The translations under genes were made by a program, and so were the position numbers. The notes below the pieces were generated by a model. It worked only from the letters and a program-made list of their open reading frames with translations, made no database searches and was not told the DNA's origin. 64,000 nucleotides of DNA from Minisyncoccia bacterium (GTDB lineage Bacteria > Patescibacteriota > Minisyncoccia > Phycocordibacterales > JAACPR01), in contig JBGSLH010000011.1 of assembly GCA_041740795.1 (NCBI GenBank), forward strand, positions 3,875-67,874. Direction: 5' to 3'. This document shows, in pieces, positions 40,231 through 47,436 of the stretch (its first letter is position 1; every line of letters begins with the position of its first letter).

Positions 40231-40581
40231 ATGAATGAATTAGATATACCAATCTTCAAAAAGTCCTATGACTTGTATAAAGATTTTTACACGCTCCGAT
40301 TATCAGTACCAAAGCAAGATAGATACACTCTTTGGCAAAAATGTGAGAATTTATTAATTGAAGTTTTGGAGGGAATTCTTTTTGCGAGCCAACAGACAAA
40401 ACTAGAAAAACTGCCCACATTAGAAAAGACGAGTGTTAAACTGAATTTTCTACGAGTTTGCATTCGACTAATGAAAGACATTAGAGCAATCGATGCTAAA
40501 AAGTACGTTATTATTGAAGCGAACCTAGATGAAATAGGAAGAATGCTTGGAGGTTGGATAAAATCAACGAAAGATCGTTAA
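40231..40581 (+). CDS. avd: Accessory variability determinant (Avd; four-helix-bundle / 23S rRNA IVS protein family)
   Basis: MNELDIPIFKKSYDLYKDFY...VPKQDRYTLWQKCENLLIEVLEGILFA...LDEIGRMLGGWIKS matches the Avd pattern, including the GrmLGGW tail. The ORF track starts at 40180; the ATG at 40231 is preferred. Confidence 0.8.
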   Translation: MNELDIPIFKKSYDLYKDFYTLRLSVPKQDRYTLWQKCENLLIEVLEGILFASQQTKLEKLPTLEKTSVKLNFLRVCIRLMKDIRAIDAKKYVIIEANLDEIGRMLGGWIKSTKDR

Positions 40582-40586
40582 ATAGA

Positions 40587-40608
40587 AAACCCACATTATG
40601 TGGGTTTT
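40587..40608. terminator. Bidirectional hairpin between the avd 3' end and the TR
   Basis: aaaacccaca-ttat-gtgggtttt, with U-tracts available on both strands. Confidence 0.6.
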
Positions 40609-40629
40609 CTTAGAATAGAGTTATGACTG

Positions 40630-40745
40630 CCTGGCACCCGACAAGGCGATATTGTCATTGCGGTTGTCGTCGTTCCAGTTGTTGACATTGAGACCCTTGG
40701 AGTCGAAGTTGCCGACGTTGACACGGTTACCGTCCGAGTCGAGAT
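40630..40745 (-). repeat. DGR template repeat (TR)
   Basis: 116-bp alignment to 41101-41216 with 13 mismatches. Twelve of these lie at plus-strand T, which is A on the minus or sense strand of this copy. In the sense frame it is rich in AAC/AAT codons. Homology continues about 8 nt further (40623-40630), with a 3-nt indel. Confidence 0.88.
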
Positions 40746-41022
40746 ATTGCACGTTCCCATCTATGTCACCGAGACTCTAGGTTTACTACCTTTTCAGGTT
40801 TATATCCTCCCATCTCTGAATTTTATTCAGGAGCAGTTTTGAAACACCTCCACAAGGAACGCACAAGAAGTTCTCTCTATCCATAATCGCACTCTACCGT
40901 AATCCATAAATCACTGGTACTCTGACGAATCTTTAGGTGAGATAATCTCGCGAACTTGAACCATAATCCAAGTTACATTAGCAAGATGTAAATATACTAG
41001 CCTTAATAGTATAAAAATGAAA

Positions 41023-41053
41023 GAGCCTCCGCGAAAAAATTTCGCGGAGGCTC
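41023..41053. promoter_or_regulatory. Perfect 14-bp hairpin downstream of the VR/stop codon (terminator and/or DGR target-recognition hairpin)
   Basis: gagcctccgcgaaa-aaa-tttcgcggaggctc lies 39 nt beyond the stop of the target gene. Confidence 0.6.
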
Positions 41054-41091
41054 AAGTATTCAAGAGGTGCAAGCTCTCGAGGGTTCAAGGA

Positions 41092-41856
41092 TCACTGCTT
41101 CCTGGCACCCGACAAGGCGATACTGTCAATGCGGTAGTCGTCGTACCAGCCGTTGACAAGGAGACCCTTGGAGTCGAAGCGGCCGACGTAGACACGGTAA
41201 CCGTCCGAGTGGAGATCGACGCAACGAACGTAGATCTTCTCGAACAGACGTTCTCCAGTGGCAAGGAAGTGACCGATCATGGTGTAAACCACAATCCGAG
41301 CAGTCGGCGTTTCCTCGTCTTTCGAGAGGAGGGCCTGCTGATCGTTCCATGTCTTCGAGGTCGAGTTGGCGATGGATTCCTTGCGGACCAACTGCCAGCC
41401 GACTTCACCCTTGTTCTTGGCGAACGCTTCTTTGTCGTACCAGTCCTGCGAGTAAAACAGGGTTTGGTCGGACTGCTTCTTGACGATGCCACGGATGTCG
41501 AGGATCGACAGCGGGAATACGGCGACGAGAATGTGCGTGTCCTTACAGGACGTGAGCACTTCCTCGCTGAACGGAACTTCGGACAAGTAGGCGAGCTGTT
41601 GCTTCGTGGCGTTAATCCCGAAGTGTTTGATCGCTTCCTCGATGCCGAAGAAGTTCTTGCCCATAATCTCGCAAGCGAGCTTCTGTGACGTTGACGGTTC
41701 ATATCCATTGTTGAGACACAGAGTTGCTACACGCTGTGCGACTGTTTCGTCGGCATTGATCCGATCAACAATGATACCAGCTCGATCGCCGAATGCGACC
41801 ATGAGGCGTTGAAAGGCGGCGTTAGTTTGACCTGATGGAATTTCTGTCCATTTCAT
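41092..41856 (-). CDS. DGR target (variable) protein with C-terminal VR, probable C-type-lectin-fold ligand-binding domain
   Basis: 254 aa. The C-terminus VDLHSDGYRVYVGRFDSKGLLVNGWYDDYRIDSIALSGARKQ is encoded by the VR. A strong SD (aaggag) sits 9 nt upstream of the ATG. The gene is much more GC-rich than its flanks. No signal peptide is seen. Confidence 0.85.
   Translation of the reverse strand: MKWTEIPSGQTNAAFQRLMVAFGDRAGIIVDRINADETVAQRVATLCLNNGYEPSTSQKLACEIMGKNFFGIEEAIKHFGINATKQQLAYLSEVPFSEEVLTSCKDTHILVAVFPLSILDIRGIVKKQSDQTLFYSQDWYDKEAFAKNKGEVGWQLVRKESIANSTSKTWNDQQALLSKDEETPTARIVVYTMIGHFLATGERLFEKIYVRCVDLHSDGYRVYVGRFDSKGLLVNGWYDDYRIDSIALSGARKQ
41101..41216 (-). repeat. DGR variable repeat (VR)
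   Basis: Counterpart of the TR. TR AAC/AAT codons appear here as TAC, TAC, CGC, CTT, AAC, GGC, TAC, TAC, ATT and AGT. Confidence 0.88.
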
Positions 41857-42185
41857 GATGATGTTCTCCTTTTTCTGTTAGCCTTTTTGAAATTATCTCG
41901 AAGGCGGCTGGATTTGAGTATACGATCTCGAATATTACGTCTTGTCTTTGTGAGACGAGCTTTTTGTGTCCTATATTTAAGGCAGAAAAAGCTCGTCTCA
42001 AACAGTGAATACTTGTGAAAGAACTATGAGTATAGTATAGCAAAGAAATAGCCATTTGTCAATGGCTCGTAATGGTTCGATACCTTGGAATCACCCCCCC
42101 TTCGCAAGACTCATTATGTAAGGTAAGGTACTGACTAATATCATTAATTTTGATATTATGTTCTAGGTACAACTGAATATAGAGA

Positions 42186-42328
42186 CCTAACCCCGAAAAG
42201 CCTTAAAACTCTTCGGATATGGTCGCAAATCCGTCCAAAGTAAAGAACTCCTAATCAGAGCTACTTTGGACGGTCATATCTCGAAAGGGGTATGGGTATA
42301 TCTCACGGGATATATCGGCCTGGTTAGG
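42186..42328 (+). ncRNA. Candidate structured element (strand uncertain) closed by cctaacc/ggttagg with three nested hairpins
   Basis: Stems: 42186-42192/42322-42328; ccgaaaag/ctcttcgg; gatatg/catatc; and a perfect 12-bp ccgtccaaagta/tactttggacgg (42231-42242/42262-42273). Its 5' part is repeated at 39083-39123. Confidence 0.35.
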
Positions 42329-42375
42329 AGCTTTTTGCTACCTAATTGTTCCATTAATAATAAAACCGTCCAAAT

Positions 42376-43437
42376 ATGTCTATTATAATTTCTTCTAACG
42401 GTCAGAAGGCTGTTAGGGTAGATAAATCTACTTTTGATAAAGAAGATTATCTACAAAAATATATTTACGATAATCCTGAGAGTATTCCACTCTACGACAT
42501 TAAAGAAGATATAAGACTTCTCATTCTTGCTCGTGAATTTTTAACTAACAGTGGTCCAATTGATGCTATTGGAATTGATCAATATGGAGAACTGTATATT
42601 GTTGAAACTAAACTTTATAAAAACCCAGATAAGCGAACTGTTATTTCTCAAGCACTTGATTATGGTGCAGCACTTTGGAAACATTCAAATGATTTTAATG
42701 ACTTTTTAGGAACTTTGGATACTCATACTCAAAAGGTATTTGGATTAAGAACTTCTGAAAAGATAAAAGAGTTTTTTAATCTATCCGAAGATGAAGTAGA
42801 TAGTGTAATTGAAAAGACTCGAGCCAACTTAAATAATGGAGTATTTCACTTTGTTATCTTGATGGATCAATTAAGTGATCGTCTCAAGGATTTAATTTTG
42901 TATGTTAATCAAAATAGTCAATTCGATATTTATGCAGTTGAGTTTACATACTACAAACACGAAATGCATGAGATTATTATCCCTAAAATATTTGGGGCAG
43001 AAGTGAAAAAAGACATCTCTATTTCAAATTCAAGTAACAGTATTCGAAAGAAGTGGAATGAGGAAATGTTATTTGAGGATGCAAGACAAAAACTCACGAT
43101 TGATGAATATAAAGGATTTGAAACTATATATAAATTTTCAAAAGAAAATGGAACAGAGATTCGTTTAGGTACAGGTTCCTATGGATCATTCAGTCCCATA
43201 TTTGGAACAATTTCTGACAGATCACTATTCACAATGTCTACAGATAAAAGATTGTCATTTAATTTTAATTGGATAAGTGATGACCTTGCAAAGCTTTTTA
43301 GGGATGAATTAGAGTCTATAGGATTTCATTTTTCTGATAATTACAAGGAGTTGAGACCTTCTGTGGTATCGGAAGAGTGGTTAGGGAAAGTAGACAACTT
43401 CATAAATATCCTCAAAACCCTCACAAAAGAGGTATAA
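42376..43437 (+). CDS. PD-(D/E)xK (NucS/restriction-endonuclease-like) domain protein
   Basis: GPIDAIGIDQYGELYIVETKLYKN fits the D...(D/E)xK nuclease core. Confidence 0.5.
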   Translation: MSIIISSNGQKAVRVDKSTFDKEDYLQKYIYDNPESIPLYDIKEDIRLLILAREFLTNSGPIDAIGIDQYGELYIVETKLYKNPDKRTVISQALDYGAALWKHSNDFNDFLGTLDTHTQKVFGLRTSEKIKEFFNLSEDEVDSVIEKTRANLNNGVFHFVILMDQLSDRLKDLILYVNQNSQFDIYAVEFTYYKHEMHEIIIPKIFGAEVKKDISISNSSNSIRKKWNEEMLFEDARQKLTIDEYKGFETIYKFSKENGTEIRLGTGSYGSFSPIFGTISDRSLFTMSTDKRLSFNFNWISDDLAKLFRDELESIGFHFSDNYKELRPSVVSEEWLGKVDNFINILKTLTKEV

Positions 43438-43496
43438 AATCGAGCTTTATAAATAAGGTTTTTTATTGTAAACTTGAGACACTGTTATATAAATAA

Positions 43497-45128
43497 ATGG
43501 CTAAAGACTATTCACAATTAAGCAAGGAGGAACTTCTCAGTATCGTTGAGAGGTTAGAATCTCGTAAAAAATATGGGTTAATTTGGGATGAGGAAACAAC
43601 TAAAGAAATATTCGAAATTCAGTCTCGAAATGCTTTACCAATTGTTAAATTAAGCAAAAGTAGAGAAATAAAGTCAAAGAAGAATGTTGGTTTGCCAAAT
43701 ATCCTAATTGAAGGTGATAACTATCACGCTCTATCTGTTCTCAATTTTACACACCAAGGAATGATTGATGTCATTTATATTGATCCTCCTTACAATACAG
43801 GTAGTGGTGATTTTAAATATAATGATAGGTTTGTCGACGAAGAAGACGCTTTCAGGCATAGCAAGTGGCTTACTTTCATGTCTAAGCGTTTACGATTAGC
43901 CAAAAATTTACTTACAGAAGATGGGATTATTTTTATAAGTATTGATGATAATGAACATGCGCAACTCCGCATGCTTGGAGATGAGATTTTTAACGAGAAA
44001 AACTTTGTAGGTACAATAACGTGGGAGAAGAGAACTAAAGCACAAAATACTGAAACGGCTAAAGAAATGTTTCAATCTAAAACTGAATATATTCTTGTGT
44101 ATAAAAATGATAAAAATAAAATTTGATTTAATTTGGAAGTAAGTGGAGAGAAAAAATATGATCTTGAGGATGAGAATGGTCCATACAGACTAAAGCTTGT
44201 GGAAGAGATGTCAGCTCGCGGAATGAGAGGTCGTGAGACTATGGTCTTTCCTATCAAAGGCATTTCTCCAAGAACAGGGTATCAATAGAAAATTGGTAAA
44301 GATCAAATTAAACGTAAGGAGGATGCTGGTGCTATAGATATTGTTGATGGTAAACCATATATGAAAATTAGACCTGACGAAGAGACTAATCAAAAGTTTT
44401 TACCATTTTGGTCTCATTTTTTCGACAAAGATACTTATGGAACATCAGAGAAAGGAAAGTCAGAACTGACAAAAATTTTAGGATCAAATGAGCATGAATT
44501 TGAGACCGTAAAACCAGTAAGCTTAATTAAGAAATTACTTTTTCATATAAACAAGAAAGACTGCCTAGTCTTGGACTTCTTTGCTGGTTCGGGCACAACT
44601 GGACATGCTGTACTTGAAATGAATCATCAAGATGGTGGTACGAGACGTTTTATTTTGTGTACAAATAATGAAAATGGAATTGCAGAAGATATCTGTTATC
44701 CAAGGATAAAAAATGTGATACGCGGGTATAAAGATCAAGATCCTCGAGATGCCTCGCTAAAATATTTCAAGACTTCGTTTGTAAAAATGAGCCCTGCAAA
44801 AGATGACATGAAAATACGTCTTTCAAATCAGTGTACCGAGATGCTTTGTATACGTGAAAGTGTTTTTGATGAAATAAAAAGTACTACTGATTATAAAATT
44901 TTCAAACAAAATGATAAAATTCTTGCTGTCTATTATTCACTTGAACGAGACGCTCTTAAAACTCTCAAGAAAGAACTAGATAAACTCGATGGATCTAAGA
45001 CATTGTATTGCCTGACTCTTGATCCATTAGGATTGAGTAAAAGTGATTTTAGTGGATGGGAAAATGTTATGCTTGAACCAATTCCTCAAAAAATATTGGA
45101 AATATATAAACAAATTTATGAGTATTAA
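43497..45128 (+). pseudogene. mod: Type III restriction-modification methyltransferase (Mod) interrupted by two in-frame stops (TGA 44124-44126, TAG 44286-44288)
   Basis: ORFs 43497-44126 (motif IV DPPYNTG) and 44361-45128 (motif I FFAGSGTTGHAV) are in the same frame. The 234 nt between them translate cleanly: FNLEVSGEKKYDLEDENGPYRLKLVEEMSARGMRGRETMVFPIKGISPRTGYQ*KIGKDQIKRKEDAG. Confidence 0.8.
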
Positions 45129-47436
45129 TTTAAAACAATATCAAGACACGGCAGTAAATCAATTGATTGATACAGCAATCAAACTTCTTGGTTATGACGG
45201 TCCTGGCGAAGTTTGTGTTTTTCAAGCTCCCACTGGAAGTGGAAAAACAATCATGGTCGCTAAATTTATAGAGGGTCTTATTAAAGAAGCATCAGATGAA
45301 GACCTTTGTTTTGTGTGGATGTCTATTGGGAAGGGTGATTTACATATGCAAAGTAAACATAGTTTAAATAAAATTTTTGCTGGAGCACCGAGAGTTTCTT
45401 TGGTCGAAGAAGAATTTTCTGGTGGACGTGAAAGAATTGTGCAAAATGAAGTTGTGGTTGCAAATTGGGAAAAACTTCGAAGTAAAGATCGTGAAGGTGA
45501 ATGGAAAAATCTTTTAATGAAGGATGGAGAGAAATTAAATTTTAGAGATGTTTTAGATAAGACAAAAGAGCAACGAAAAATTATTCTTATAATTGATGAG
45601 AGTCATGTGAGTGCTGATACAAGGAGAGCTAATGAACTTCGTGATCTTATTGGTGCTGATATCGTTCTTGAAATGAGCGCAACACCAAAGCGTCCACAAC
45701 AAGAACTTAATTTTGCTAGAGATCTTGCAACAGGAGGTGCTGGGTATGTGGTTGTTGACCCAAAAGATGTAATTGACGAGGGGATGATAAAAAAAGAATT
45801 AATTATTAATGAAGATATAGAAAAAATTGGTCAATCAGAAGATGATTCTCAAAGAGTTGTATTAGAAGCGTCCTATAAAAAACGACTTGAACTTAAAAAA
45901 ACATTTCAAAAAGATGGTTCACACATAAACCCACTTGTTCTTGTGCAAATACCAACTGCTGAAGCTGGTGAAGCAAAAATAGAGGCAGTTCAAAAATTCT
46001 TAGCAGAAAAAGGTATTACAGAAAAGAACGGCAAATTAGCAATTTGGCTTGCAGATCAAAAATCAGAAACTTTAGACTGGATTGCAGAACCAGATAATGA
46101 AATTGAATTTCTCATTTTTAAACAAGCAATTGATACTGGTTGGGATTGTCCCCGTGCACATATTCTCGTGAAATTTAGAGAAACACATAGTGTTGTATTT
46201 GAAATCCAAACAGTTGGACGAATTTTACGTATGCCAGAGCAGAGACATTATTTGACTGATGTACTTAATAAAGGATATATCTATACGAACCTGAAATCTA
46301 TTGAGGTAAAAAAAGAAGAATACAATCCAAATATTATTAAACATCTTAAGGCAGATAGAGCTGAAACATATAAACCAATCAAGATTACTTCATATTACAA
46401 ATCTCGTGTTGATTATGGAGATGTAACGTCAAGTTTTGCAAAGGTTTTTGCTACAGTTGCTAATCAAGAATTTAATATAAAAGGATTGAAGCCAAATGAA
46501 AATAGAAAATCTGTCGAAGCACGAGGTGTAAATCTTGATATCAAAAAATACCAACAAGAATTTATTGCAGATACTAAAATAGATACAAAAGATTTAGATG
46601 ATCTCACAAAAGTTAGTCCAGAAGCTATGGCAAAACTAAGTATGGCAGCAGACGAACTTCAAATATTTTTTGAACAATTAATCAAGTCAACACTTGGCTC
46701 ATTTAGAAATGTGAAACGTTCTGTGCCAAGTGTAAAATCAGCAATCTATCAATGGTTTAAAAAATACTTAGGATCAGAAGAATGGCCAGAAGAAATCTTA
46801 CTTATCCAACGAGTGTTTTTGCATGACAAAAATAAGGTTTTCTTTGAGAAAATTCTTGCAAGATCTATGGAACAGTACAAGGAAGTAAAAGAAAAAGAAG
46901 TACGAGAGAAAGTAGAGGAAAGTGAACAATGGACAGATTTTGATCTTCCGAAAGAAATGTTCTTTAATGAGCATGCAGATGAAAAGGTAAAAGCACGGAA
47001 TTATGCGTTTGAACCATGTTACTTAAATAAAGATCGTTCAAGACCAGAAAGTGATTTTGAAGATTTTCTAAATTCAAATAGTTCAGAAATTTTATGGTGG
47101 TGGAAGAATGGTGAAAATAAAATTGAATATTTTGGTATTAAGTATGAATACGAAGGACAAATCTTTACGTTTTATCCAGACTATATAGTACAACTCAAAG
47201 ATGGACGTCTTGGTCTATTAGAAACAAAAGATGCAGGAGATCGTGATGGAAAGACATATACAAAAGCGAAGGCAGAAGCACTACAAAAGTATCTGGTTGA
47301 TTCAAAAAATAGGAAGCTTTTTGGTGGTATTGCTATTAAAAAAGGTTCTGATTGGATGATAAATCAAGCTAAGGTTTATGACTGGGGAAAAGTCGAGAGG
47401 GGAGTTTGGAGTGAGTGGGACTTGCTGGACTTATGA
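45118..47436 (+). CDS. res: Type III restriction enzyme Res subunit (SF2 helicase + C-terminal PD-(D/E)xK nuclease)
   Basis: FQAPTGSGKT and IIDESH helicase motifs. YPDYIVQLKDGRLGLLETKD nuclease motif. ATG 45118 overlaps the mod stop by 11 nt. Confidence 0.8.
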   Translation: MSINLKQYQDTAVNQLIDTAIKLLGYDGPGEVCVFQAPTGSGKTIMVAKFIEGLIKEASDEDLCFVWMSIGKGDLHMQSKHSLNKIFAGAPRVSLVEEEFSGGRERIVQNEVVVANWEKLRSKDREGEWKNLLMKDGEKLNFRDVLDKTKEQRKIILIIDESHVSADTRRANELRDLIGADIVLEMSATPKRPQQELNFARDLATGGAGYVVVDPKDVIDEGMIKKELIINEDIEKIGQSEDDSQRVVLEASYKKRLELKKTFQKDGSHINPLVLVQIPTAEAGEAKIEAVQKFLAEKGITEKNGKLAIWLADQKSETLDWIAEPDNEIEFLIFKQAIDTGWDCPRAHILVKFRETHSVVFEIQTVGRILRMPEQRHYLTDVLNKGYIYTNLKSIEVKKEEYNPNIIKHLKADRAETYKPIKITSYYKSRVDYGDVTSSFAKVFATVANQEFNIKGLKPNENRKSVEARGVNLDIKKYQQEFIADTKIDTKDLDDLTKVSPEAMAKLSMAADELQIFFEQLIKSTLGSFRNVKRSVPSVKSAIYQWFKKYLGSEEWPEEILLIQRVFLHDKNKVFFEKILARSMEQYKEVKEKEVREKVEESEQWTDFDLPKEMFFNEHADEKVKARNYAFEPCYLNKDRSRPESDFEDFLNSNSSEILWWWKNGENKIEYFGIKYEYEGQIFTFYPDYIVQLKDGRLGLLETKDAGDRDGKTYTKAKAEALQKYLVDSKNRKLFGGIAIKKGSDWMINQAKVYDWGKVERGVWSEWDLLDL

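Larger units (their letters stand above)
32925..41856 (-). mobile_element. Phage-derived integrated element (serine recombinase, terminase, MTases, DGR); boundaries approximate
   Basis: All genes are on the minus strand except avd. The recombinase sits at the left edge next to the host yibE/F gene. No capsid, portal or tail genes are present. Confidence 0.55.

Noticed and set aside
41017-41708. Long ORFs on the plus strand (41017-41688, 223 aa) and in another minus frame (41277-41708, 41126-41350) overlapping the DGR target gene.
   Set aside because: They are low-complexity and Arg/Pro/Ser-rich, as expected from stop-codon scarcity in a locally GC-rich segment. Only frame 41092-41856 has an SD, a sensible start and the VR at its 3' end.
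10146-44288. The idea that the three in-frame stops (TAA 10146, TGA 44124, TAG 44286) reflect an alternative genetic code.
   Set aside because: All three stop types also terminate well-conserved genes at the expected ends. Every housekeeping gene in the window is intact under the standard code. RF2 is encoded. Three different codons would all need reassignment.
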